A DNA stretch of 64,000 bases from IMG/VR virus record IMGVR_UViG_3300020576_004053, positions 32,001 to 96,000 of that record; one strand, written 5' to 3'. The DNA is from a virus (taxonomy: Duplodnaviria > Caudoviricetes). Each line of letters opens with the position of its first letter. Position 1 is the first letter of the stretch. Positions 37,990-47,530 of this stretch are shown here, piece after piece. The position numbers were made by a program, and so were the translations under genes. The notes beneath the pieces are model-generated. The model was not told the origin of the DNA and searched no databases. It saw only the letters and a list, made by a program, of their open reading frames with translations.

Positions 37990-40698
37990 CTAATCTACAT
38001 AAATAGTACTATATCTATCGTCTCGTTTGATCTCTAGAATCGAATCCGTCACATCTCGTAGGCTGTCTAAGTGACTAATAATCAACAGGAAATCAAATTG
38101 AGTTTTGAGGAAGGAAAACAGCATATGCAACGAACTGCGGTTGTCGGTATCCAGCGCACCAAATCCCTCGTCAATGATAAGGAAATTGCTCTTAGGTAAT
38201 AGTGACACCCGCATAAGTGCCACACGAATGGCCAAACTGCTAATGAATTTTTCCATCCCAGATGCCAATTCCAACGGCCATACTTGATCTTCTGCATATA
38301 CAATTCGACCGTTGATATTTTTACCATCCACATCCAATAGAACGGCAAAGTCAACCAATTGTGAGAGGATATTATTCACATCAGTTTCCAACACCGGTAC
38401 CACCTCAGCCACCAACTGGTATGGTATTCCGTCTCGACATACCGCCGCCAAATACAATTCGTAGGCCATATGTTCAAATGCCAGCAATTTGGCCTTATTG
38501 ATCTTTTCCAGAATCGTATGTCGTTTGGACTCTAATACCGCCAACGATGACGTTTTAGACACCAACAGTGCATTGAGTGATGAATTTTCTGCACTATATT
38601 TAGACCGCAGCGTTTTTATCTCAACAATTTGATCCCCTATCCGTGCGTTAGTGAGAATGTCTGCCTCTTGCGTATGCTGCGTTGCAATATCGGCATCGAT
38701 GCTCACAATAGTATCGGCACAGCGTTCAATCTTTCGCTGCATGTCCAATACGTCATTTTTCATTACCTGAATCGCCTGTTCGGCATCTCGTACCACTTTG
38801 AGCTTTGTCGTTTCCGATTCTGCGATTTTCGTCTTTAATTTCTCCACCGCAAGAACTTGTTGAGATAACAATGTACGTGTATCAGTTAACATGGTCTGCT
38901 GTGCGGGTACATCCTTCAATGATTCTACCACCGCTTCCGCCTCAGCACATTCCGCGATAGCAGCTTGTAATTTATCCGTGACCTCTGGTAATCGTTCTTT
39001 CGACGCCATGGCTTTCTTTACAAACTCGTTATTACAACAGTACTTACAATTCGGATCATATTCATGCTTATCCAATACCTTGATCGTATCGGTGATGATC
39101 CGTAACTGTTCCGTAAGCGTTTTAACGGTATGTGCTAATTCCGTATGTGCTTTAATTGCATCAGTTCGAAGTGCACCACGTTGAGTAATGGCATCTTCAT
39201 TCGCTTCTATCCAGTCTTCATTCTTCTGAACTGCAGCAACGCCACGCTCCAACCGCTCCTTGGATAACGTAATAGCATCATCAAGATCAATAAGTTGCTG
39301 ACCAACTTGCGGACCCTTATCAATGAGTTGCTGTTTGGCGACAATGTCGGCTTGTAGCTTCTTAATAGCCTGTTTTTGTGCGTCTCGCTGTGCTTCTAGC
39401 TGCGGGATAGAATATGCACTAACCGTGATAGGAATTTTCTGCTCATACAACACCTGTAATTCGTCATTCAATCGATCATATTCAGATGTATTTAATGTCA
39501 CTTGGGCAGTCGTCTCAGCAATACATTGAGAGGTTTCATCCAGCTTTGCCTGAAGCTCTACCAATTCGTCGGTGAAATCTTCATTCTTGAATTGCTTTAA
39601 GGATGCCATTACTTCCTTAGATGCATCTTTAGCGGCATCATGAAGTCGATCAAAAATTTGCAACCCCATAAACTGACTGAGCACATCCTTTCGATCTGAC
39701 TGTCCACGGTCAATGAACAAGCTATTTTTGTCTTGTACTGAGAATGCAGTCAATAAGAAATCGTCAAAATCTCCCACATATTGACGGATATACTCGTTGG
39801 TAACACGACGTTCTTCACCGTTTAAACTGGTTTTGACACCCTTATCAGTTGACCAAAAGTCCACATCGATCTTGACCTCACCCTTCTTATTTCGTTTACC
39901 GGTGCGCTGTACGGTATATTCCACATCCCCAATCATGAATACGAACTCGCAGAAACATGAATCCTTTCTGGTATTCATGATATTCACGGCACGAATCGTC
40001 CGAGGGGTTTTGTCATAGAGCGCAAAACAAATAGCGTCTGGGATGCTACTTTTTCCTGATGCGTTGGGAGCAAACAATCCCACCGATCCTTGAAGCGTAT
40101 CGAAATTAATCCAATTCCCCTCACCATAGGTAAACAGATTATCAAACTTCAACGTCTTGGGAATCCAGACGATACGTTTAGCGGCGTCGTCTAGAGGTAG
40201 CGTCGAATTGATCTCTTTATTGATTTCCACCACTTTATCAATAAGATCTTGTTGAATATCAGGTTTTGCATTTTTGACATAATCTACTAATAGTTTATTT
40301 TGATAATTGACATCATTGACATCTAACAAATCAGATGTGTGGACATTTGCATTATTGAATCGTGAATTGAGCGGTCGAGTAATTGAACATTCAATGATAT
40401 TATGCTTTGCCTTTAACGTCGCCACATACTGCTTAATTTCACTTTCGTCCAAACCGCCAGTAAATAAACGAAGACGCACATTTCGTGGAAGGTTTGACGT
40501 ATCTGGGATTTCTTTCCCTGATATTTTGATGGTATAAAGACCATAATCATTCTCCAATTCATGAAATTTAAACGACCGTGATGCGACATCCCATTCACAA
40601 TATCCATGGCCTTTAACATTCTCACCATGATTTTGTTGGATAAGGGAACCGGCGTAAACTACGATAGGTTTTATGCGTTTAATGCGAATCTTTCCCAT
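37990..40698 (-). CDS. C-terminal part of split SbcD-SbcC (gp47-gp46, Mre11-Rad50) fusion: end of nuclease domain plus SMC-type ATPase
   Basis: YAGSLIQQNHGE; Walker A APNASGKSS; Zn-hook CKYC; signature ASGMEK; Walker B LIIDEGFGALD; ISH; own RBS (AGGGA). Confidence 0.9.
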   Translation of the reverse strand: MGKIRIKRIKPIVVYAGSLIQQNHGENVKGHGYCEWDVASRSFKFHELENDYGLYTIKISGKEIPDTSNLPRNVRLRLFTGGLDESEIKQYVATLKAKHNIIECSITRPLNSRFNNANVHTSDLLDVNDVNYQNKLLVDYVKNAKPDIQQDLIDKVVEINKEINSTLPLDDAAKRIVWIPKTLKFDNLFTYGEGNWINFDTLQGSVGLFAPNASGKSSIPDAICFALYDKTPRTIRAVNIMNTRKDSCFCEFVFMIGDVEYTVQRTGKRNKKGEVKIDVDFWSTDKGVKTSLNGEERRVTNEYIRQYVGDFDDFLLTAFSVQDKNSLFIDRGQSDRKDVLSQFMGLQIFDRLHDAAKDASKEVMASLKQFKNEDFTDELVELQAKLDETSQCIAETTAQVTLNTSEYDRLNDELQVLYEQKIPITVSAYSIPQLEAQRDAQKQAIKKLQADIVAKQQLIDKGPQVGQQLIDLDDAITLSKERLERGVAAVQKNEDWIEANEDAITQRGALRTDAIKAHTELAHTVKTLTEQLRIITDTIKVLDKHEYDPNCKYCCNNEFVKKAMASKERLPEVTDKLQAAIAECAEAEAVVESLKDVPAQQTMLTDTRTLLSQQVLAVEKLKTKIAESETTKLKVVRDAEQAIQVMKNDVLDMQRKIERCADTIVSIDADIATQHTQEADILTNARIGDQIVEIKTLRSKYSAENSSLNALLVSKTSSLAVLESKRHTILEKINKAKLLAFEHMAYELYLAAVCRDGIPYQLVAEVVPVLETDVNNILSQLVDFAVLLDVDGKNINGRIVYAEDQVWPLELASGMEKFISSLAIRVALMRVSLLPKSNFLIIDEGFGALDTDNRSSLHMLFSFLKTQFDFLLIISHLDSLRDVTDSILEIKRDDRYSTIYVD

Positions 40699-41507
40699 TT
40701 GTCCCTATTCTTCATAAAGTTAACACGAGGTACGTGATTATTAATACTACAATAATTTACAAGAGATTCTGTTTTGGCTAGCATTTCCTGCTCGTCTGCT
40801 ACCCACCCCTTTACCTCTTCTAAAATTGTGTTCGTGGTAGTGATAATATAAAAATCTGGTACATATCTACGGGTTTTAGAATTTAACTCGTATGGTATTA
40901 CGATACCATGTTTTTTAGTCCACGTCAATACAGTATCATCAGCGTCTAATTGTTGCATACGTTCCAACTCAAAAGACGACTGATAAAACTCATCGACAGA
41001 AGATTTGTTAGAGGTGTATTTACCTCTAATATAATTTCTATACCCACCACCAAATTCTGAACTTTGTGCTCGTAATGCGCTAGATATCGAAGATTTTTCT
41101 ATAGATTGAGGTGAATTTATAGGATAGAATCCGTGTATATCTTTATACTTTTCTCTCGCAGCTATATGCTTCTTCATTCTATCAGGATTTTCCCACGATT
41201 TTTTCACGGCAATCTTTTTCTTTCTGCATATATCTGTCGATTGAGATTTCCCTAATAATACATGGTTACCATAATTTGGATTACCATCTCCTTTAAACTT
41301 GGCAGCAAAATGTTTTTTGGCACATTCATATGAACAACATATTCTTGGTCGAGACGCACATTGCTCTATTTCAGATGAACATACTACACATAATGTTATA
41401 GTTCTTTTCCGTTGACCTAATGTAGAACACGTACGAGAACAATACTTTGACGCCATTCGGTATGTATTATACTCCAACGTACACACATTGCAAATTTTTT
41501 TAAGCAT
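40671..41507 (-). mobile_element. Homing endonuclease gene (Cys Zn-finger repeats plus TnsA-like PD-(D/E)XK nuclease) inserted in the SbcD-SbcC gene; start refined to MLKKIC
   Basis: CxxC..YCSRTC repeats, SSFEL, RRYVPDFYI..EEVKG; AT-rich; GGAGA RBS and TATGTATA box upstream. Confidence 0.82.
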
Positions 41508-41533
41508 ATGATCTCCATAAAGATACTTATGCT

Positions 41534-41541
41534 TATACATA
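41534..41541 (-). promoter_or_regulatory. Putative late promoter TATGTATA of the inserted endonuclease gene
   Basis: GTGATATGTATA between SbcD-N stop and endonuclease RBS. Confidence 0.6.
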
Positions 41542-41554
41542 TCACCCAAGCACA

Positions 41555-42247
41555 CTATTTCACTCGCCACCCATCGGTTTCATACTTATGAAGATCGCTT
41601 TCATCGATTTCTAATTCTTCCGTAGAATACGACTGTAAAGTAGACATTTTGTGAATGTCCCCAAGCATGACCATATCGAACCCATCGAACATGGACAGTT
41701 CATGGTGCCGACTGGTAATCGTAAATCCGGCATCGGTTGTTGCCGAATAAATGGGACCATGGAACAGGGCCAGTTTTGGACTGCGAGTACAATCATCTGC
41801 AGACGGCCAATGTTGCTCACCATCAAGCAATGAATACACCGCTACATCCATCTGCCCAATCTGGTAGACGCCACTATCTTTCAAATAATGCAACCGTGGC
41901 AATTCTAATGCTTCGATGATCGGTGTTAACGCATCCAATCGACTAGCATTCTTTTCTAGAAAATCATGGTTACCGGCGATTACAAAGGTGTGGGCACGCT
42001 CTGACAATTTAAGAAACAGCGATGACACCAACCGAATCATTTCGGGTGATACATCTGTCTTAGTGTGAACAATATCACCTGCCACAATGATAATATCATC
42101 ATCCGTTAAATGCGCCAACTCGGCATACAACCGTTCAAATTGTGCCGCATATTCCTCTTGGCGTCGAAACAGACGAATGTGAATATCGGCTAAATGAAAG
42201 ATACGACGAATATTCGTATCTTCTAAAAAAACTTTTTGTACATTCAT
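41555..42247 (-). CDS. N-terminal part of split SbcD/Mre11-like metallophosphoesterase
   Basis: Motifs HLADIH, AGDIVH, AGNHD, LFHG, LGDIH. Confidence 0.92.
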   Translation of the reverse strand: MNVQKVFLEDTNIRRIFHLADIHIRLFRRQEEYAAQFERLYAELAHLTDDDIIIVAGDIVHTKTDVSPEMIRLVSSLFLKLSERAHTFVIAGNHDFLEKNASRLDALTPIIEALELPRLHYLKDSGVYQIGQMDVAVYSLLDGEQHWPSADDCTRSPKLALFHGPIYSATTDAGFTITSRHHELSMFDGFDMVMLGDIHKMSTLQSYSTEELEIDESDLHKYETDGWRVK

Positions 42248-43146
42248 ATAGTTTGTAATTTCAATGTTAAGGCATCTGAATATGATAGCGCCGATGCAGA
42301 TTGAACCAATTCTCGCATATGAGCAAATCCAATCTCTGACGGATCATGGCCATCTAATTTTACGTGAAATACTGGTATAGATTGTTTCAGCAGTTTCAAT
42401 GCAATATTAGCAGTCTTTCGTAAGGCATCGTCATCTAACGCGATGTAAACGGGTACTTGCTCTGCCAACAATCTATTATACAGTGCCGGTGACACAATAC
42501 TGCCAATGAGGGGAATAGCATTCCATCTCGTAGCAATTGCATCAAAAAACCCTTCAACGAGTATGACGGGATGGTTCCAGTTAATGAACAGTTCAAACCC
42601 AATGATATTTTTAGACGCTTCTGGATTTAGGTATTTAAGCCACGAACTATCCGTGTAATCTCGACCGGTAAAATAATTCAGCACACCCGCTGCATCGTAG
42701 CTAGGGAGAATGATCCGATTGGCAAATTGACCCGCTGCACAATATCCAATATTGTATCTCACCATGTCGCCTTCGGTGATTCCACGATTTAATGCATATC
42801 GTTTCGCACGTCGCCCCATCAGGGATGATGCGGACCATAATGGTTGCCATTCATCTGGTAATACCACTGGAGGAGCTATCTCAATGGTAGGAGATAGCTC
42901 AGCCGGTTTAATCAATGCACGAACCTCTTGATGCAGCGACTGTGGGACATTCAGTCGTCGTAACAAGGACATAATACTACGACCGGCTACCCCACATACC
43001 CAACAGTGCCATTGGCCGGTATGCACATTCACGGCCAATTTGGGTTTGTAATGGTGACAGAATTTACAGGTGTAGTAGTATTCTGAAGATCGGGTTCGTT
43101 TATGTGGTCCTAAAACGGAATCCAAAATGTAAACAAGATCGGTCAT
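42244..43146 (-). CDS. DNA primase (Zn finger plus TOPRIM)
   Basis: CKFCHH..KL...WHCWVC, RGI, KYLN, LVEGFFDA, ALDDDA, DPSE. Confidence 0.9.
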   Translation of the reverse strand: MTDLVYILDSVLGPHKRTRSSEYYYTCKFCHHYKPKLAVNVHTGQWHCWVCGVAGRSIMSLLRRLNVPQSLHQEVRALIKPAELSPTIEIAPPVVLPDEWQPLWSASSLMGRRAKRYALNRGITEGDMVRYNIGYCAAGQFANRIILPSYDAAGVLNYFTGRDYTDSSWLKYLNPEASKNIIGFELFINWNHPVILVEGFFDAIATRWNAIPLIGSIVSPALYNRLLAEQVPVYIALDDDALRKTANIALKLLKQSIPVFHVKLDGHDPSEIGFAHMRELVQSASALSYSDALTLKLQTI

Positions 43147-43174
43147 ATAGGCACAATCTAATTAGTTGAAGCCT

Positions 43175-43672
43175 CTACCGCAATCCTCTCGCCAATCGAA
43201 CGCTGACATCCTGCTTCAGGTGCGGAGGTAACTTATCCAACCACGCCAACAACTCCACGAAATCGGATTCAATCAACGATCCCTTAATAGTGTTGGCAAA
43301 TTTTGAAATGACTTGTAAATTTTGTCGAGTCGATGGACCACCCTTTGAAATTGGATGGATGTGATCAAATACCATTGAATCCACCGTCAAGGTACGGCCC
43401 GTATATTTACATGCCGTGCCGTAGGCAGCATATGCCATTTCACGCAATTCTTCAACCGTAATGGTGCAGGGGACTCCCTGTTTTTTTGAGCGAGCTTCCA
43501 TTGTGGTTCGAATGGATGTGAGACGACGCATAATTCGTCCTGCTCGCATAGCTGCGGTGCGTTTGTGATATGGCATCATCTTTACTTCAAATTTCTTATG
43601 CCATACCGATGGTTCTCGACGTTTTACCGTCTTAGCACTTTTTTTAACGGCTCTTTTTCTACGCTTTCTCAT
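43175..43672 (-). CDS. HNH endonuclease; start refined to MRKRRK
   Basis: CKYTG...DHIHPISKGG....NLQ.IS..AN..KG. Confidence 0.85.
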   Translation of the reverse strand: MRKRRKRAVKKSAKTVKRREPSVWHKKFEVKMMPYHKRTAAMRAGRIMRRLTSIRTTMEARSKKQGVPCTITVEELREMAYAAYGTACKYTGRTLTVDSMVFDHIHPISKGGPSTRQNLQVISKFANTIKGSLIESDFVELLAWLDKLPPHLKQDVSVRLARGLR

Positions 43673-43689
43673 ATAATTTCCATTGAACA

Positions 43690-43717
43690 CAAAAACCGCC
43701 ACTAAAGACGGTTTTTG
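43690..43717 (-). terminator. Rho-independent terminator ending the baseplate transcript
   Basis: CAAAAACCG...CGGTTTTTG inverted repeat with A/T tails. Confidence 0.7.
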
Positions 43718-43749
43718 TTAGAATATCAATTGTTAATTGACAATTGGGA

Positions 43750-44049
43750 TTAACCCTGACCCTGACCGGGGTTGTAATATTTCTTAGATGGACCCCATTG
43801 ATTGAAGGTCGCACCCAATTCAACCGGAGAAAAGCCGTCCGGAATCATAATGGTACGCACCTCTTCATCATAATAATTCAACGATCTAGGTGTCCACTTC
43901 GTTGGGTCGCCAATTTTCTGCTGAGTCGTAAATCCTTCTTGAAACGTATTAGTGATATCCACATAATTTACCGCCAGATTTGGAATCTGCTTGGATAACA
44001 CCGGACGTGGCTTGTTGGAATTGTTAAACCGTTCTAACATATCAGACAT
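43750..44049 (-). CDS. Hypothetical protein (99 aa)
   Basis: GGAGA RBS; fills the space between baseplate gene and terminator. Confidence 0.7.
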   Translation of the reverse strand: MSDMLERFNNSNKPRPVLSKQIPNLAVNYVDITNTFQEGFTTQQKIGDPTKWTPRSLNYYDEEVRTIMIPDGFSPVELGATFNQWGPSKKYYNPGQGQG

Positions 44050-44062
44050 AATACTTCTCCAA

Positions 44063-44896
44063 TTATATGTCCCATCGTACTATAATAGTTTGTTGGGTAT
44101 CTGTTGCCCGCTTCAATGAATTTGGAAATTTTGCAACTGCCACCATTTCACCGGCATCATTAAATAACCCAACGGATGTCATGTAAGGAGTCAACGTTCC
44201 ACTAACGAATTGATCCAAAATGACACGCGTCCCTGCTCTGCGAATAGACGGATTGATTGAATAGTTAAATTCATTTGGTTCCATCGTACACACAACCTGA
44301 TGTTCATAAATAGTATGGGTCGCATCAAACTCTACATCCACCTGTGATCCCGTTGTAAAAAATACTCCTCGGGCCGACACCACTGATGCCGTAAACGGGG
44401 CTGCACACTGACCCAAAACAATTATACCTAACCCATAAAATACATTACCAATCACACCAGTGGGTTCATCACTCGACACGATCCGACCATGTCCGTCATC
44501 GTATAAACTAGCCGTAGAGGATACACTCGTCAATCGCACAGAAGACGGACGAATCCCCTCCCCATACGCTAATTGCGATATATTCACCACATAAAATTGA
44601 GAACCGGTAGGCGAAAACCCCAATACCTGTGCTGACGCAGTTGTTGGGGTTATCGTTGTGTTATAGAACAAATGCTGGATTGATAAATACAGTGTGTGTT
44701 CATATAACCCATCTACATTTTGTGGTTCATTATCCGGCGTCCATATCCAATTTGACGAAACAGAGGAAGGATCTGTTGCTATATCAATACTTAGCTTTTC
44801 AGGATTACTTCCCCCTAAAAACGTATACGCGTAGTCTTGCGTCTTATGCGTAACAAATGGTCGAATTAAATAATTGTCACCAGTAAGTTGCTTCAT
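44063..44896 (-). CDS. Baseplate/tail structural protein, paralog of 45760..46824
   Basis: DDG.G, GNVFY..G, EFNYS.NPS, YMTSVGLFND.GE.VAVAKF....KR...IVRWD. Confidence 0.7.
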   Translation of the reverse strand: MKQLTGDNYLIRPFVTHKTQDYAYTFLGGSNPEKLSIDIATDPSSVSSNWIWTPDNEPQNVDGLYEHTLYLSIQHLFYNTTITPTTASAQVLGFSPTGSQFYVVNISQLAYGEGIRPSSVRLTSVSSTASLYDDGHGRIVSSDEPTGVIGNVFYGLGIIVLGQCAAPFTASVVSARGVFFTTGSQVDVEFDATHTIYEHQVVCTMEPNEFNYSINPSIRRAGTRVILDQFVSGTLTPYMTSVGLFNDAGEMVAVAKFPNSLKRATDTQQTIIVRWDI

Positions 44897-45714
44897 GATA
44901 ACCGTGATAATAAAATGGAAGGATCTTTTTTCATTTCACTTTCCCACACTCTGATCACCTTATAACCATGGTCACTGGCAAATGTTGATTTTTTATCATC
45001 ATTATCTTTAGTAGACTCTACATTAGCATGATATTTCTTGACACCGGGGCCACCATGCCAATAATCTCCATCAGCTTCTAGTAACACATTGGTTCCTGTA
45101 ATATGAAAATCGTACGAATAACATGTGCCATCACGAGATAAAAAAAATTGATAAATGAATTCAATATTATTTGAATTTAGTACAGACGCTATAGATAATT
45201 CAAATTTATTTAATTTACGTTTGTCAAAAATTTTTTTAATTGCTTCTGGCGTATGAGTTTTACCTTGCATTGGATTTACATAATTAGGTAACTGTGCTCT
45301 AGCAAATGCTAAATTGGACATCTTACGTTTGGTTTCATTCGTATGTGGTACGCCGGGATGATTAAATTTTGCCTTCTTTGAATTTAATATTTGATCAGGT
45401 GTAAACTTATAACCCAATCCTCTTCCCGGTTTACCAGTCATAAATTCACGTCTCCACGCAGAATCACATTCACGGGAACAAAATGACCGTTCTTTTTTCT
45501 GACATTTGTATCTACGAGCAATTCCTACATTACAGTGATAACATCTTTCATATCCAAATTCTACAAAATCTTCAAAATACGTATCCACATAATCATAAAA
45601 TTTCATGGCATGTGTACGCAAATGATTAGTTAGGCTCTTTACTATAACGAATTTTTCACATATTCTACAAGTGATCGCAATTTGATTATTTTCAGTTTTC
45701 ATAAAATTTGACAT
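44893..45714 (-). mobile_element. Free-standing homing endonuclease gene (Zn finger, NUMOD3-like, Vsr/DUF559-like); start 45714 or 45702
   Basis: CRIC..HLRTH, FCSREC, NPMQGKTHT, YDF...EADGDYWH...DDKK...VIRVWE; AT-rich; same family as 7057..7956. Confidence 0.8.
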
Positions 45715-45749
45715 TGACGTTAGATATACATAGTCCAATCTAACGTCAA
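45714..45749 (-). promoter_or_regulatory. 12-bp hairpin with TATGTATA box in the loop, upstream of homing endonuclease
   Basis: TTGACGTTAGAT (45714-25) / ATCTAACGTCAA (45738-49); stem reaches the ATG at 45714. Confidence 0.7.
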
Positions 45750-45759
45750 AAATCAGTTC

Positions 45760-46824
45760 TCAAAAATCAAGTCTTGCGGTCACATTGACTTCAGAAGAGA
45801 ACGATTTCGGTACAGGCTGGCTCAACTTGGCCACTGCCACACATTCGTTATTGTCATTGAACAGACCAATTGTCGTTACATACACACGAGGATCTTGAAT
45901 AAAATCATTGCTAATCAATGTACCATTTGACGAATCATAGAATGATGGATTGTTGGAATAGTTAAACTCTTTATTACGCAATCGCACAAAATAATGCGTA
46001 CTTGAGATGGTTTCTGCAGAACGTGCTTGGAAATCGCCGCCAAGTTTGATAGCATAGTATAAACCGGCGTGGTTATATTCAGTAGCCAGCGTTCCGGTAT
46101 TTGGCGCAAAGGGAGTCTTACCACCCACATTCGTTAAAATGGTTGCGTTCGCCATTCCAATAACACTCTTAATGGCGTTTGGATTGAGCACAATGATGCC
46201 AAGGCCGGGATAGACCAAGCCAAACCCACCAAATGCCGATGAAGTCGTTGCTGCCACTGTAAGGCCCGCAGAACCCGATAGTGAGCCAGATACAACGTTA
46301 TACACCGCCCCTGACCGACCATAGGTTTGGCCGAGGGTCTGACCGCTGTCGTCAACGAATGTGAATTTACCCGATGAACCGGATAACGTCAGCATCCAAT
46401 TACCGGGATCAAGCGTTTCACGTAATCGGGCACGGGCAACATTGATCACATAAATCTGATCCGAATTATACCCACCGTCAAACGTAAACTGCGAATCTTC
46501 CGGTTCTAGCAATAAATTACGATATTGCTGATAGGTAGCTAAGGTAGATAACGTAGCAGAATCGTCTACGGTCAAATTTTTGTTTCCACCCCCAGCAGAA
46601 TGGCCATACGCCACCGCAAACTGTACTTCTGCCGATGAATTGGAGTTTGCATCTAGGTTATAGACATTCCAATAATACTGCCCGCTGGTCGACGACGCCG
46701 CCTGAGAGCTTGCGGTATAAAACGCAGTCAAACTTCCGGTGTCACCAGTCCAGATTCCTGTGGTCACCTCTGTAGGATTTGCACTTACAATGTCGTCAGC
46801 GGCAAAACGTTTAAATGTACTCAT
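45760..46824 (-). CDS. Baseplate/tail structural protein (354 aa)
   Basis: QFAVAYGH..G, YQQYRNLLL, EFNYSNNPS, YVTTIGLFNDNNECVAVAKLSQP..K. Confidence 0.7.
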   Translation of the reverse strand: MSTFKRFAADDIVSANPTEVTTGIWTGDTGSLTAFYTASSQAASSTSGQYYWNVYNLDANSNSSAEVQFAVAYGHSAGGGNKNLTVDDSATLSTLATYQQYRNLLLEPEDSQFTFDGGYNSDQIYVINVARARLRETLDPGNWMLTLSGSSGKFTFVDDSGQTLGQTYGRSGAVYNVVSGSLSGSAGLTVAATTSSAFGGFGLVYPGLGIIVLNPNAIKSVIGMANATILTNVGGKTPFAPNTGTLATEYNHAGLYYAIKLGGDFQARSAETISSTHYFVRLRNKEFNYSNNPSFYDSSNGTLISNDFIQDPRVYVTTIGLFNDNNECVAVAKLSQPVPKSFSSEVNVTARLDF

Positions 46825-46840
46825 TGATTATAATCCTATG

Positions 46841-47476
46841 TTATACAGAGGGTTTTGGATTTACTGTTACAGGAATTGTAATAACAGCACCCGTCTGGTT
46901 TCCGATAATTGCAAGGGTAGTTGTTACAGTGGCCGGAACATCTTTTGGAGTTAGTGAAAATTCCATTCCTCTGGACACTACGGCATTTGCAGATTGTGCA
47001 TCGCCAATAAACGATGGGGTAGTCGCAGATGAATTTGCCGCTAAACCCGTACCCACCAGAACTGCCGCCGATGAATCGTACAATATAGCGGTATATCCTT
47101 GACCCGCCCCATTAAATCCAAGGGTGGTAGTTGGGCGAACGGGGAATGAATTGGTTTGTCCTGCCGTAAGAATGATCGACGGAAATCCGATTGAGATAAT
47201 AGGAATTTCCTTGGTACCACGTGGCAGTGTGACTAGCTTGTATCGCAAAACTTGAGTTTCATCTGGTGAGGCTTCTACTAATGGCATATTTTCAATAATA
47301 CTGCCGTAGAATGCACTGCCCAATGGATGATCGGTGCGCCACAACGTGTAATCAATTTCGTCGTCACCGACCGCAAACTGTGTAATGTTTAGACCGGCAC
47401 CTTTAGCCAATAGCTCTCGACCCTTTTTGGTCAAGATCGCATCGACTGTGATTGTACTGTTTGAAAGATATCCCAT
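46841..47476 (-). CDS. Baseplate/tail structural protein (211 aa)
   Basis: MGYL....ITVDAILTKKGRELLA...ITQFAVGDDEIDY; promoter motif upstream. Confidence 0.7.
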   Translation of the reverse strand: MGYLSNSTITVDAILTKKGRELLAKGAGLNITQFAVGDDEIDYTLWRTDHPLGSAFYGSIIENMPLVEASPDETQVLRYKLVTLPRGTKEIPIISIGFPSIILTAGQTNSFPVRPTTTLGFNGAGQGYTAILYDSSAAVLVGTGLAANSSATTPSFIGDAQSANAVVSRGMEFSLTPKDVPATVTTTLAIIGNQTGAVITIPVTVNPKPSV

Positions 47477-47509
47477 GTGTGTTTACCTATTGCATAGTGT
47501 CAGCATAAC

Positions 47510-47517
47510 CATAAATA
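47510..47517 (-). promoter_or_regulatory. Putative late promoter TATTTATG
   Basis: Intergenic motif after the GIY-YIG gene. Confidence 0.65.
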
Positions 47518-47530
47518 GCTTGCTTTGTTA

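Noticed and set aside
41555-41557. TAG read-through or alternative genetic code joining the split gene
   Set aside because: Read-through runs into further stops within about 55 codons and is out of frame with the C-half; all long genes are intact in the standard code
40690-41560. Gene 60-type translational bypassing (AAA codon before the stop, AAA codons in the C-half)
   Set aside because: A gap of about 860 nt containing a complete gene is far longer than known bypasses, and a normal start exists
40671-41570. Group I intron or intein explanation for the SbcD-SbcC interruption
   Set aside because: Three different frames exclude an intein; almost no non-coding space and no recognisable P7 core motifs; the C-half has its own RBS. 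Not formally excluded without a covariance-model search
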